From assembly GCF_009914755.1 (NCBI RefSeq), contig NC_060926.1: a DNA stretch of 64,000 nt. One strand, written 5' to 3'. The position numbers were made by a program, and so were the translations under genes. The notes beneath the pieces are model-generated. The model did not search any database. It worked only from the letters and a program-made list of their open reading frames with translations, and had not been told where the DNA came from. The stretch comes from the human T2T-CHM13v2.0 reference genome, Homo sapiens. Positions 31,961-46,489 of this stretch are shown piece by piece. The first letter of the stretch is position 1, and each line of letters begins with the position of its first letter.

Positions 31961-32714
31961 CTCCCAGAAAAGGATTTTGTTAGTTTTTCAAACCTAAACA
32001 GGTGTATTTTATTATCCATTTTGCATTCAGGAATTTTACCAGTTCTCTAGTGAGAAGAAATTTACGTATAATCAGAATGCCATTATACGTAATTTGTGGT
32101 TTTGTTGTATATTATTAGGCTTCAATTAACTATATGATAATATGTTTATAATTCTCCTTTTGAATGTCATTGCCATTCCTTTTGCTGTCTTTGCAAAACG
32201 AAGTCCCAAACTGGAGAAACAAGTCATTCAAAATCTGGGTACAACTTTAGAATAAGATTTTGAATGCTGAAAATAAATACATAAGACAAGGAAAGTTGAT
32301 TGTGTAATATCCTCATTAGATTGTGCATCGTATCTTAATTCTCCCATTAAGCCATGTCATTACAAAATGTTAAACTGGGGAAGTCCTTCCAAGTCACTCA
32401 GTTTGCTCTCATTATTATGCAAGTGAGCTGTTGAAGACAATAAAAACAGAGTGACATTTCAAAAGTCTAGAGTCTATTAATATCAGAACTCTACTTTAAC
32501 CCAGATCAATTCTATTCTGATCAATTCTATTGGTCTAGTCCAATTCCATTTCCCCACATTAGAATTAGGTATTGAATCCTTTAAACTGAGGCATTGTATT
32601 TTCAAGATTTGTCACGGAAAGATCATTATACTTATATGTCCATAAGCCTTATTAACTGCAAAACATTTTAAGTGAGTTTTTTCCAGGAATATTATGAGTC
32701 ATTTTATTTAATCA

Positions 32715-33300
32715 ACAAATAATGCTCTGAACTATGTATCATTTTTAGCTCCATTTTCCAGATGAGGAAACTGTTAAGAGGTTAGTGATATTAAGTATCT
32801 TGTCCAAGGTTGCAAAGCAAGTATATTGGCCAAAGCTAACTCCAAAATTTATAAATTGACCATTTTGGCCCCGAAGTTCATAGTCCTAAATCTATTAAAT
32901 GGTGTCTCATGATCTGGCAAAAACAAATGGACAAAAGCTTTTGTAAATTTATTCATATGAAATTATGTAACATTACATGTAATAAGATTTATCCTGGAAA
33001 ATCTGGGCTGTGATTTACACATAGGCAACCAATATATAGTTCTTGAATAAATGAATGATACCATCATCTTCATCATCATCATCACTACTAATAAATGTTA
33101 TGTATCATTTGTTGTGTGTCATGCACTGTTATAAACATGTCATATGCATTGTCTTTCTAAGATCTCAGAACAAGTCTTTTTAATATAATAGAAGTGGGAA
33201 TTGAGACACACAGAAGTTGAGTAACTTTCCTAAGTTTGTAAAGTTAGTTAGTGGTAAAGCTTGGGGCAAAAGCCCAGGCAGCTCTGCAAACAGTGTTTTT
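32715..33300 (-). mobile_element. Two MIR relics (about 32715-32880 and 33060-33300)
   Basis: CCATTTTCCAGATGAGGAAACTG..TTAAGTATCTTGTCCAAGG and TGAGACACACAGAAGTTGAGTAACTTTCCTAAG..TAGTTAGTGGTAAAGC. Confidence 0.65.
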
Positions 33301-36300
33301 ACCCAATGTAAAAAGAAGAGCACATGTCCAGTACTTTTTCAGTGAGGAAATTACCTTTAAATATTGGTTTTATTTAGTAACACATCATTAGGCACCGTTT
33401 GACATTGGTTATCACGTCATTATTTACTTTTGCAATTTCAACACCCCCGCTCCTGCCGTCTTGGCTACCGTGCTTCAAATGGAAGCAGTATGTAAGAGTT
33501 CAATCTTGCTTTCTGGCCCTCTTTCCTTAATCATGAACATTTTACTCTTTTAAAAAGTTTAAGTAGAAACAGACCTATTTAGGAAAATAGATTAAATAAC
33601 CATACAACAGTATTTTTAAAGACAACTTTTAAAAAATGTATTAAAGACAAAATAAATACGGTATGATTTTGTGCCTTTACCAGTAGACTCTCCCATTTCC
33701 TTTACCTGCTTACCCCTAGTTCCTCCCTGAAGGCCATTATGAAGCCTAACTCAGTCAAAGCTTTTGCTTCAATGGGTGCGTTCCCTGCATTTTGATATGT
33801 CACCTGTATCTTTAGAATTGGTCCTTCCAGTTGTGTCATTCTAATAAAGTATATTCTCTTTTTTAGAGAGATCAAAGAAAGATTCTTTGAGGCTAGTGGG
33901 ACCATATGTTATTCCTCTTCATACTCACCATATGTCTAATACTCAAAAGTGTTTGGTAAAGTCTCACTTAATGATTGAATGGGGAGAGTCCTGAGCCAGG
34001 TTATCACAAGTGCTGATAAATGTTAAACTGAAACAGAATGAGTGAGAAAAAAATGCCCTTCCTCCATTTCCTCACTCTTCCGCAATGATTTTTTTTTTCT
34101 GAAGAGAACTCCAACTGTTTTCTTTCTGGTCCTCAACTTCTCCCCTCTCCACTTTATATTTTTCTGACCTGGCTGGGTGGCAAAATGCTTGCATTTAACC
34201 TTTGTTTTCTTCTCTAATTGTCTCTTCCATCTGGCTTTCCATTGCCAAGTATTTCTTCAAAATAATTTTCTCAAAAATACACTTTCATTCCCCAAAGTAT
34301 TTTAAACAAAACTTAAACGTGGCTGTTGAACAAATGTTTAGTTCAATGTCATGATATCTAGAGCTAATTTTCAGGAAGCAATGCCTTGGTGAGAAAACTT
34401 AAGCCTGAAATATCCTTCAGTAATTGCAATTGTATAAAGAGGAATTTTTGGAAAGTGCAAACATAGACTTGTTTATTGTGATGTCTGTGGATGTAAAAAT
34501 AAAATTAATAGGCAAAATAACATGAATTAATTATCTTGCCTCAAATAAAAGATTATTTCCTCAGCATCAAGTGAAAAAACAAAAACAAAAACAAAGATGG
34601 GTTCTGAAGGCATCCATGCTCATTATAGCAGAAAAATAAAATATTTTACAAGTTAATATTTGCTAATGTACAAGATGCGTCCAAGGTTTGGATTCTATGC
34701 TACTCTCCTGGGAACTTGTTCAGTAATGTATGTGTGAGCTAGAGATTGGAAGTGCTTTAAATGAGCCCCTCCAGGTTCTCTGAAACAATTTTGATTCAGC
34801 TCTACATCTCCTTATTAAACTCATGTGGGACTTGCGGGTGCTTGGACATGAAAGCTGCAGATTCCTGACACGGTTGTGACCCTTGGTGGTGGGCTTTGCA
34901 AGACAATAAAAAGGGTGAGTCCCCAGCTGTGTACATGTCAACTAGTGAACCTCAAAAATAGGGTCATTGACGAGAGAGAAAGACTTAATTTTATATAGGT
35001 TAAAAAAAAAAAAAAGGAGCACCAGGCAGAGAGTAGAGAGATGGCAAAACATGGAATAAGAAATAGGCTTAAGATGTGGGGGAGGATGGAAACCTGTACC
35101 TTGCTGGCCTCTTAAATAGAAAAAGGAGAAAGCAATAAGCAACAGAAGATTCTTAATGATCTGAATATGGCCACAGATGCCTGAGGCTGGGCCTATTTCA
35201 GGCCAATAATGAGCTTTTGGGCTTATGGAGTCATTTATTTGGCTCTACAGTGTGGAGCCCAAAGGCGCTGTTCATTAGGAAGCAGGAACTTTACCTAAGG
35301 GTTGTTTGTGTTGGTCTTTCTTGCCAGAATGAATTGTTCATTAGTGTCGGAGAGAGATCCACCCTCTCTCTCTACAGATAAATGGTTTAAAATAAAACCT
35401 GTTGATTGGGGTTTGGGTGAGGGAAGGGAAAGAAGTGTTCAATAGAAGCTGCTAAGCCCCTTTGATGATGGTTGAGGGACAAACAAGCCTGCGCAGCGTA
35501 AATAAATCCCAAATCACTGCCTGACTAACCTGGTTTTATCATTAAAATGGTAAATTAACTTGGCCCTGTGTATGGTCCAGTTATTTGGGTTAACTTAATG
35601 ATGTAATTGGATCAACTAAGTGATAATCCACTTGCTAATTCAAGCTATCAGCTGTAAGTCCCATTATATAGTTACTGCACCTTACCATCACCATCAACCA
35701 GCCCAAGGATTTTCCCGCAGTGTGGAAACACGTAGAGGTGAGTAGGAGATGGAGAGTTCTAGAATTTGGAATGCCAAAGGCTTGTTGAATGTAGCAGCCA
35801 TGCAGCAACTCCTTGCTTGTCTTACCTCGTGTGATAGTATAGACATCTCTTACTTTTTACTGGAAAATCTGGGTTTAATAGTATTTTACAAGTGATTATT
35901 CCCTTTCATTGTAGACCTTTTGTCAGTAATGGCATGATCATGTTAACATGTTTCTTTGTTTCTCTTTTTACTGAAATTCTCCAGAAAGTATTTTGGAGAG
36001 TTGAAAATACATGTAGCCTAGAGACTATAGTAGAAAAACTGTAAAAATAAAAATACAAATGAATTAGCCAAAAATAAACTTTCTTTCCAGATGGAGATTT
36101 TGGTAGTCTGGAATGAAATGCACAAGAAGGTTTATGTAACTGATTAGTGACAGAAAGCCTGGAAAACAAATGCTAAGCTACATGAAGGGTGCTGCTGGTG
36201 ACACTGGCGATGCAGATTTGATGAACACTTTCCCAAAGGGTAGAAGCAACTGACTGCTGCAAATCAGAAAATCAGCTTTGTCCTGGAGGTTCCTCTTAAT

Positions 36301-37701
36301 TGAGGTGAATTACTATGTTGCCTTAATTACTGTGCTTTTCCCTAGTACTTCTGGCAAATATTCCATTGGCCTTGATTCCAGCACTATCCATTGAAATGTT
36401 GTAAAATTACCGATGACTGAAAGAGGGAGCAACACATTAGAGAGACCCTTAAAGATTGGATTCATTTTTGTGAAGGTCCACTGCTAATGCTTTCTCAGCA
36501 AATTGAGCTGTGTAATTTAAACAGAACACATCTTTTTTCACAATAGACTCGTAGGATATGGAAGTATACAAATGCTTTCACAGCCCAAAGTGACAAATTA
36601 ATAACCTATAAATTAATTATAGGTGTTTTTTTGTATCTTTCCCCCTGATTAGTTTAATGTTCCTTTCCTTTTTTATTCAAAAAGTTCTCTTTCCATCAAT
36701 TCTGCCAGGACTGGGAATCGCAAACCTTTCAGCTATTTCTAATCTTCAGTACTTGGAATCACTAAGCAGTGAGGACTGTCAACATAAAAATTCATTGTAC
36801 CCACCAGCTGCATTAACATATTTTTTTTTCCAGGAGCATCTCCTGCTGCTGGTTTTCATGTTAATGCATTTCCAGTGTCTTGCTTCAAGTGAAAAGTATC
36901 CTGTTTCTCTCTGCCCTAGGTCCATATGAATCTTTTCCAGTGAACAACTATTATCACTCTTGGAAAGTGTGAAATTTTGTGAATGTAACAGAGTAAATTA
37001 TTATTTTTAAAAGTCAATTTAGCTACCCTCTGTCTGTTTCACTTGGCTTAAAACGAATCAAATTACCAGTGCCAAGCTCAGCAGTTGGAACTGTCTACCT
37101 ACAGAATCAGACTGAAGAAACGAGAAAATGATATGCATTTTCTCCAAAGCAAATGTTTGCCATTTGCTCTATAACTTCTAATGCCTTATAATTTCATAAC
37201 ATAATGAGCTATGAATCAGCAAAAGTTGCTTTATTATTTAACCTTGTTACTATTTCCAATCACATATTGCCTAGACTATGTCATGCCTTCCTGATATTGG
37301 CAGTACATAACTTTCATTATAAAAGACAATATTTAAATCATTTGAAGGTGTTGCAGACTGGAGATTCAGATGGATTTCTTTTTACCAGGGGCATTTTCTT
37401 GGAACAGTAATTTCTTGACTACTTCTTGTAGTCTCTGGATACTTGCCATTTATCGATTTCATAGTGTGTTTCAAAAACTGACAGCTTAGTTGTGAATTAC
37501 CAAGGAAACTTTATAAGAAATACACAACTGAGCAAACCATGGCTCTTCATCCATATGCATCATTTTAATACTTACCAACATAAAGATGGAAGGAGATATA
37601 TTAATACTTTAAAAAAATTGGTAAACATAAATACAAAAAATTATGTGAATAGTATTAAAATTCTCATATACCCAGTAACCAGTGTTTAAAATGATAAAAC
37701 T

Positions 37702-38027
37702 GGGCAGGGCGTGGTGTCTCACGCCTGTAATCCCAGCACCTTGGAAGGCTGAGGTAGGTGCATCACCTGAGGTCAGGAGTTCGAGACCAACCTGGCCAAC
37801 ATGGTGAAACCCTGTCTCTACTAAAAAAATACCAAAAAAATAAAATAATAAAATTAAATAAAAATTAGCCGGGCATGGTGGCAGGCACTTGTCGAACCAG
37901 CTACTCAGGAGGCTGAGGCAGAGAATTGCTTGAACCCAGGAGGCAGAGGTTGCACTGAGCCAAGATTTCGCCACTGCACTCCAGCCTGGGTAACAAAGAC
38001 TCTGTCTCAAACAAAACAAACAAAATT
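37702..38027 (+). mobile_element. AluS-type SINE with an expanded central A-rich linker
   Basis: Both Alu arms are intact. The linker reads AAAAAAATACCAAAAAAATAAAATAATAAAATTAAATAAAAATTAGCC. TSD core ATAAAACTG. Confidence 0.96.
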
Positions 38028-38039
38028 ATAAAACTGTCT

Positions 38040-40800
38040 TCATCTTGCTTCTTTGCACTAAACATGCTTCTGAGATTTATATATGGAAACCAGTAGCTCC
38101 ATCTTGTTCTTGATCACTGTGGTGTGTTCTTTTATTTTCCATAATGTATGTATAGATTTTCTTACTGTTTGATATTTAAGTTGTTTTTATTCTTATAGCC
38201 ATGGTAAGCAAGGCTTCAAGAGATATTGTTGACAAGTCTCCTGATGCATATGTGCAAGGATTTTCCTGTAATGTATATTTGAAATTGCAGCCGTGGTTCC
38301 TAGAGCAAACAGGTTTTTAACTTACTAGGTATTGCCAAGTTGTTCTCCAAAGTTTCTCTCATTTTGGAGGACAATTTTCTTTTGCAGCGTCAGTGACTAT
38401 TCCTTCACAATTCATCAGTTTATGGTATTTTGATACTTTAAACAAATCTTGCCAAATGAATAGTTACACAATAACTTTTCTTTAAGAAAAGGAATAGATT
38501 CTGTTTTCCTGATGCCTTGTTAGATTGTGTACACTTTCATGAATGATTTGCCTTTGGTCTGACTTTTCTGTAAATTGCTTTTCTAGATCTTGTGTCCATT
38601 TTTCTACAAGGTAGCTTGATTATTTCTTATACGTACATAGGACAATTTTCAAATTTGGGTACTAATCCTTTATTTTACTCATTGTGAATATTATCTTCAG
38701 TTTTTGCTTATTCAACTTTGTTCATTATTCCTTTTATGGGAAGCATGTTTACATTTTAATGCAGCTAGTCTTAATTATCTATATATTTTTTGAGTTATGC
38801 TTTCAGCTAGGAAATACATTCCCATCAGAGTTTAAAAAGAAATTTTATTAAACATTTATTTAATAATTGTAAAGTTGTTTATTTCCTATTTTGTTTTTTA
38901 ATCTCTTAAAATTAATTTGGAGATATAATATGAAGTAGAAATTTAATTTAATTTTTTCTGTGAAGAAAACGAGTTGGGAGGCTGAGGCAAGCGAATCATG
39001 CGGTCAGAAGTTCGAGACCAGCCTGGCAGACATGGTGAAACCCCATCTCTACTAAAAATACAAAATTTAGCTGGGCGGGGTGGTGCGTGCCTGTAGTCCC
39101 AGCTACTGCAGAGTCTGAGGTAGCAGAATCACTTGAACGCGGCAGGTGGAGGTTGCAGCGAGCCAAGATCTCACCACTGCACCCCAGCCTGGGCGACAGA
39201 GTGAGACTCAGTCTCAAAAAAAAAAAAAAGAAAGAAAGAAAAAAAAAAGAAAACGAGTTGAACTAATTGGCCTAACACCATCCCTCACGGATGTGTGATG
39301 CTGTTTGTCACATCCCAAATTCCGAGACATGCTTGGTCTTTCTACAGGCTCTGAATTCCACTGCATCTAGTCTTTCATCTGTTCCTCCATTAATATACAC
39401 TGCTTTAAATCTGTAGCTCTTTTAACAGTTTTTACTCTCTGGTAGAGTAAGTCTCCAAACCTTCTTTATTCTTTTAAACTGTCATGGCTGCTATTGGAAC
39501 CATATTCTTTAATATGAATTTCAATAATAGTGTTTTTAGTTCCATCAAAAATGTGTTTGAGATTTTTATAAAATATGTAAATATATAGACTAATATGGAG
39601 GGGAGGATAGATATGATATTAAATATCTCTATTCATAAATAAGAAATATATCCCTATTGAATCAAGGGTTTTTTAGGAGCTTTTAATTGTATTTTGTACA
39701 TTCTTCTGTTTTTGTTCATCTTTTGTTTGAGTTATTACTAGGCTGCTTAAAATTTTTTGATATTATTTAACTGTATGTTTAAAAAAATATTTTAAATGAC
39801 TTTTTTATGCTTATATCAATTCCAGCAATCCTAATGAAAATTCTTATACATTTTAATTCTTTGTTTTAGTTTCTTTTGGATTTTCTTTATAGAGAATTGT
39901 CTCTTTATCATCATGCTCATTTCTTTTTCTTTATTATTAGGTAGGAAAGAACTGCTAGTAAAATGTTGAGTAGAGGTGATACTAAGCATCCTTATCTTAT
40001 TCCTGACTTAATTAGAACTGCTTTTGAACTCCATCATTAAGTACTGTTTGATATAGATAAACTTACTAGGAAAAGAAAGCATATTCAATTAAATATTGAA
40101 AGCATATCAATTTTATATTAAATAGAGCAATTGCTTTTGCTATGACAGTTGAGATGATTATATGATTTCTATTTCCTGATCTGTTAATGTGGTGAATTAC
40201 ATTACTATATTGACATGTAATACCATTGTTGTATGTTTTGAATAGTTGAATGTATGCATTATATATACTCAGATATTTTACCACAACACATTGTTGAACT
40301 TGGTTTTCTAATATTTATATTTTTCCATCTACATTCATAATAAGATTGGGCAATAATTTTATTTTTGAACTGTCTGTTAACAGATTTAAGCATCAAAGAT
40401 ATACAGATACATACTCTGAAAAGCATGGGTCTCTCTCTTTTTCTCTTCTCTCAAATAGTTCAAATAAGACAGAATTCATGCATTCCTTAAAAGTTCACTG
40501 AGATGCCAATAACACAGTTTGAAACTGGTGTTTTGTGCATTGTGTGTGTAGAAAAAGTATTACTATATGGAAAGTAACCATTTACTATTAATTCAATTCT
40601 TCTAATGGTATTATTTGTCTAACCATTTCATGTTTATCTATTCTATAATAAATTATAGTTAATTATGATTTTGTGTAAAATTTTACAGTTACCTCAGTTT
40701 GCAGATTTATTGGCATACATTTTTTCATAGAATTCTCTTCTGAATCTTTAAATTTCTACTATATTTGAAATCATGGCACCTATGATAATCATTGATATTG
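38040..40800 (-). mobile_element. Highly decayed L1ME-like ORF2/3' region
   Basis: The minus-strand ORF 40066-40284 contains [18 protein letters not shown], an L1 reverse-transcriptase segment. T-rich antisense L1 text runs throughout. Confidence 0.7.
38974..39246 (+). mobile_element. 5'-truncated AluS-type SINE
   Basis: Starts at TTGGGAGGCTGAGG. Perfect 14-bp TSD AAGAAAACGAGTTG at 38963-38976 and 39247-39260. Confidence 0.96.
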
Positions 40801-43339
40801 CTTCTCTGTGCCTTCTCTCTTACTTTCTATAACTGAAGCCCAACATTAGCATTCTTGGCTGTCATTTTCATTATTATGTCCTTCTTCAGTGGAAATGTCC
40901 TTTCCCCTCCAGGTGTTAATGTGTCTCCTCTCTTGTCCATCTCAAAATATGAGAAGACCTGGTAGGCACTTACAGTTTATGAGATTTAAAACAATTTTTT
41001 TTTCGTAGGGATATTTATAGCTCAGATGAAACAAAGAAGGATGGTTTAGAAGAAGGGATCTATAATAGAAGTTCCAGCCCAGGAAAGTCGTGGGCATTTG
41101 TGGGTTCAGAAATACCTTCAGAACTTCCCTAAAATCATGTTATATAAATAATTTCCTCTGACCAAAGGCCACCTCTACCATTAATAAAAATCAAACTTAG
41201 TAATATGTGTGTCTGAGAATATTTTGCTCGTATGGTTTGAGAATATTGTTCAGAAGTATAACAAATACATTAAAATAATTATTTGGGAATTTCTTACATT
41301 TAGAATCATTCTATGTGCTTCAATTTTTGAGCTTTATAAGCTTAAAATACAGTAAAAAAGTGATAAGGACTTATTTTAACTTCATTGTATATCTTTTAAG
41401 CAATAAAGTATGGAATAAGAATACATAAATATGAAATTATTTGATGAGATCATATGCCAGAGAGTCTTACCAGAGAGTTTTCAATTTTGTTGAGCTTCTC
41501 ACTGCCATGAGAAAATGACAAGAGATTTCAACAATTCTCCCAGAAAAATATTTGCATAAAATTTGGAGGTACAATGATCCTAAAGCCCAAATCTGAATTC
41601 AGGTGATAACCTCTGATTCTGGACCATCCAATACGTTTTAGCATATGGGTAAAACTAATCCTGAACAATCCCAGAAATAGAACTGTTAACATGTTTTACT
41701 GTGGTAGTATCTTGTTATTAACAAGTTTTCTGAAATCAGATGTGTGAGGTCAGTGATATCAGTTTTAATTCAGGACCGTTAAGCAAAACAAACAAAAATA
41801 GCAGATGCCTTTTTAATGCAAAACATAAAATTCATGATTTATATTGGAAAGATACTCTTTCTTCCCAGGTTTCCTTACCCTCCTGTCCTCACATATGTTC
41901 TTTTGCTACTTACTTGAATTAGATGACATTCACCCCCAAGGATCAGATCTAATATTCTGTAAGATTTTTTTTCTAAATCTCTTTTGCACTATTAGATTTT
42001 TGCAATTTTAGAGTAAAATAAACCTCAAGGACATAAGGCCCCCTGAGAAATAAAATTTAAATCTATTTCTGGTTACTATTTTGTGACTCCCAACTTAAAC
42101 ATATTCTCTTTCTTCATTTTTTGTCTCTCTCTAGCACACAAAAGCCCAAATTGGCATATACTTATTTTTTGAAGTTAATGGGGTGAGGTATATATTAGAT
42201 TTTTTTAAGCATTTGGGAAGAGTTTCTGGAAAACTTTTAAGATATTTAAGATAGTTCATGAGTGTTGAAAATCACTATTTTTATATGTTATGTATTTGTA
42301 TTAAACCAACTCTTCTGGAACATTGCTTGGGTAAATTAATGTCATTCTGCACTCTTTTAATGCTTTCAGAATTTTATGGCCTTTTACAAAATGGGATAAC
42401 TCATTTCTATGTAGCAGATAATTTATTTTACCCATTAAAAGGGGTCTACAGGGTCAAAAGTGATGTTCACTATAATCTAAATAAATCATTTGGCTTTTTA
42501 CAAATAATATTTATTAAAACCTCTATCAGAAATGGAAAAACAAAATGTAAAGTTTCCAAACAGATCTTCATCTTACTTAGCAAATAATGGAACATTAACA
42601 TGATTATTCATGAGACTTATTCTTGAAGGGTATTCTAATTAAAGGATATACTAGAGTTCATGAGTTTCAATTTGGAAGGAAAGAAGCTCTACTTTTCATA
42701 TAAATATCTTGATACTCATTAGGAATAATCATTGAAATGATTTTCTAAAATGAGGGATTATGTTATAGTTAATGAAGCTTGTATTCAACAGGGCCTATTA
42801 AGAAAAGGCAAATATCCTCACTTATAAAATTTCCCAGGATGTTAAAAGATGTAGCGTTGCTCTCACTGCTGTGCTTGTGTGCTGACAAGCAGAGCCTGGC
42901 TTCATCTGTACCCACTGCATAATGTGGAGGATTTATGTAAATGATATTAGTGCAGGTGCTAGGAGACTGTGGACAATTCCTTTCAGGGGATCTCAATAAA
43001 ATGACACTGAGCTAAATCCTTGAATTCGATAAAGCAATCAGCTGGGCAAAGCTGCAGTTCATTCTCTTAGATACATATAATATACTTTACTTTTATAATG
43101 CCATAAATCAATTTAGTTTTTATGTTTTTATGAAATGTGCATGTGTGTGTGTGTGTGCATGTGTGTGTTCTCTCAGTTTTTGCACTCATGGCTGATCTTC
43201 TCAAATAAAGAATGAAAGCTTGTTGTCTGTTGCAGTGATGCTCACAGGCTGCGTAATCAAACTTGTAAGTCCTGCAAACAGTCCTGTGTGATATTGGACA
43301 TGTTTCTCTAAATTCCCAATTTCTTCATATGTACAAAGT

Positions 43340-43580
43340 TGGTCTACTCTATTTGAGCTACTGTAACAAAATGGCAGGAAACATGGCAAACTGGGTAGCT
43401 TTATTTCTTACAGTTCTGGAGGCTGGGAAGTCCAAGATCTAGGCATCAATAGGTTTGGTGTCTGGTGAGGACCCCCTTTCTGATTCATAGATGCAGCTTC
43501 TAGCTGCATCCTTACATGGTGGAAAGGGCAAGGCAGCCCTCTGAAGCCTCTTTTATAAGGGCAATAATCATATTCATGAG
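43340..43580 (-). mobile_element. MLT1A-like MaLR LTR fragment
   Basis: TTTATTTCTTACAGTTCTGGAGGCTGGGAAGTCCAAGATC..GTGTCTGGTGAGG..CCTCTTTTATAAGGGC. Confidence 0.8.
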
Positions 43581-43590
43581 CGCAAAAGGG

Positions 43591-43694
43591 TAGGGTGACC
43601 AACAATCTCAGTTCCTCCAGAATTGAGGGGTTTTCCTAAACACATACTAACACCAAGAAAATCCCAGGCAAACTGGGAGGACCTGGTCACGCTA
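43591..43694. mobile_element. MER81-like hAT-Blackjack MITE
   Basis: Terminal inverted repeats TAGGGTGACCA ... TGGTCACGCTA. Confidence 0.75.
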
Positions 43695-43723
43695 ACAAAT
43701 GGGAAAGTAAAGATATCTACTAC

Positions 43724-43942
43724 GAGTGGTGTGCTGGAACCAGCTTCTACTAGCTAGGAGACCCAATTGTTAAATAGTCAGGAATTTTGTGGGCCAACTT
43801 TAATATACTCAGAAATTTTGTGAGCTATTGGTAGCTTTAAATTATCTATGCTAGGAATGTTTACACCATAGTAATAAGCAGATGCTACAAATTAGGGTAT
43901 TTTTTTTTCTCCTCATAGAGCCTGTTTACTAGCATGTCACTG
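43724..43942. mobile_element. MER63-like hAT MITE
   Basis: Ends AGTGGTGTGCTGG ... CTAGCATGTCACTG. Internal CAGGAATTTTGTG and GATGCTACAAATTAGGG. Confidence 0.65.
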
Positions 43943-46129
43943 CCTATCACACAATAAGGCTGGTGAAATTCTATTGAAATAATCCATGTAAAATGCTCAG
44001 TGGAGTGCACGATACAAGGTAAGTGCTAATTCAGCGTTGTTGATTAGTAATTTATTATTATCCCTATTAATTATGCATTAGCAGTCAGTAAATATCTGTT
44101 AAATTGAACTGAACTGTGCCTGAAGTCACTCTATGTAACTTATTTCAATGAATTAAAAAAAAGTTCAGAAGATAGACTAAGTTTATCTTCTAGGTCTCCA
44201 AACTGGTGGTTTTGTCCTCCCTCTTCACTTTCTCTACATTTCCTCTCTATGAACCTAAAAAGGCCCTTGTCCCCCAGTCTGGCTAGGCCAGTGTCTCTAG
44301 CTCCAGGAGTGTGTAAGAATTATACATTGCTGCTGTGCATGCATGGGGTGAAGCAAATAGGGTTATGTTAATTAGGTCTCTTCCAAGAGGACACAATGAA
44401 GATGGCCCCTCTGTTGTGACTGACACCACCACCACTTGACTTGCCCTTGCCCACTGACCAAATCTTCCCATTTCTCTGACATCCAAAGCTGCTAAAAGTT
44501 CTTATATTTAGTCTTTGAATTATAGAGTTTCAGACACCTCTGTCCGTGCATGTCTGTTACGTACTTGGAAAGGTAACACACATATTAGATCATCAACAAA
44601 GTGCAAATTAGGTTATCAAGTTAACTCTAGCAAAGATCCTTGCTTTAAGGAAATTGGCCCAGGAAAGTGGCCAGATGAAGTTCGGAAACTGGAATGTTAC
44701 AGGAGAGGGCAGGCCTAAGGGGAAAGGTTATAGACATCCAGTAGGCAGCATTGGAAAATTCAAGTTCTTGGGATGAAGGAGTGAATTAAAGGTGTGGAGG
44801 GCAGAGCTGGTACATGAATAAAGCCAAGATAAATAAAGACACTTATGCATCTACAATTCTTGATTTTAGGGAAGCAACCCTCTGAATGTCCAGATTGTAG
44901 AAAGAAGTTGTAGTGAAGAGAGGTAAAATGGTTTTAAGCCTCATCATAGCTTTGTCAGGCCAAGCCTAGATCTTCAAGCATAAAAATGTGTGACTAAGAG
45001 TAAATATGTCTAAGTAATTTAACCTCTGGTTTATTAGGAATCCTAAGTTATGAAAATGAAGACACTGCCCGGACTGATACAAGACAAATGTATCCTAATC
45101 CCAATGTATTAATCATCATTTAAAGGCTTTGTCCCCTCTCTGGCTTTGTCCAGCCACAGTCAGCAGGCATTCCCTCCTAGGGAGGAACAGATCAATCCCT
45201 TAGGATGTTGATTTGTGCTGAAGAGCCCTACTGGTCTCCCAGCAAGCTATTTCAAGGAGAAGCAGTGTGTGAGCCAGTCAGTTCCTTCTCAGTGTTGAGG
45301 GATTTCCAGCTGATCGCTCTGATTGCTCTCACAGAGATAATGTAGCATCATAAAAGGGGAGTTTCTGTAGCAGCTTACTTGCAATCAATGGCTGCCTGTG
45401 GTGTTCCAGCTTTCCTTGATGTGAATGCTAGTTTCAGTCTTCTATACAGTTTAAGAGAGAAAGGGAAGGGATGGCTAAGGGCTACAGGTGAATTTCTGTC
45501 CAGACCTAGGTTTTCAAAAGTGCTGGCATAGTAAGAGGGACCAACTGGAAATAGCAGCCACCAAGGTATTCCCAATACATGGACATGCATTAGACACCCC
45601 AGCCCTTGTTTTTTTTTTTTAAAGATTCAATCTCTCTATTGAACGATATGCTCTTTCCTGTATCTGTTTTTATTCTTGCTCTCTCTTCAATGGTCCCTTG
45701 GCATTTAAAACTATTGACTGAAAGCTTTTTTCCTTTCCTCAAGTCAATTCACTTCAGAAAGTATCTACCCCCGTGTCCCCAGCAGCACATTTCATCCACA
45801 CCACGAAGCGAACAGAAAGAGACCTAAAGCTTGGTCTATGTGCTTCTGCCACTCACGTCTGAGGTGAGTATCCACTGCACATTTTTTAAAGAAGTGAAAC
45901 ATTAAATAGTTACAACATCATACATGATGTTAGGAAACGAAGAATTTATTGTGGATAAAGAATTGAAGCAAATGTTCTAGACCTTTTTGGGAATGCTGCT
46001 AATTATAAAATAAAAGATAATGCAAAGAAAAGAACAAAATTTTAGGCAAAGAAAACTAGAGCATTGAAAGCACAGGGTTTGGAATAAACAGCATGTGGTG
46101 TTGGGGTGTTTGTGTGTGTGTTGTTTGTT

Positions 46130-46480
46130 CTTTCATGCAACAAATATATCCCGAGCTGCTACATGTGCTGGCATTGTTCTAGGGAGCTAGGATGCAGCCT
46201 TGAAAGGAACAGTCATTGGTCCCCTGCAGTTCATTTTCTAGTAGAGCCAGTAAGTAAATGAATGATTTTTCAAATATTAGAGATTAGTACAAGTAAGACA
46301 ATAATACAGGATAAAGTGACAGAAAGTGTCTGGCGGGGGGAGGATGCTTAGAGTTAAGATGGCCAGGGAAGGCTTTTCTTAGTTGATGGCAATGAAGAGA
46401 AAACAAGACCTGTGGAGCGGAGGCAGAGCTTTACAGACAGAGGGATCAAGTCAAGGCTGCAAAAAGGAAACATTTTGGCA
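46130..46480 (-). mobile_element. L2 LINE 3' fragment
   Basis: CAACAAATAT..CTACATGTGCTGGCATTGTTCTAGG..GGCCAGGGAAGGCTTTTCT. Confidence 0.65.
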
Positions 46481-46489
46481 GGCGAGAAG

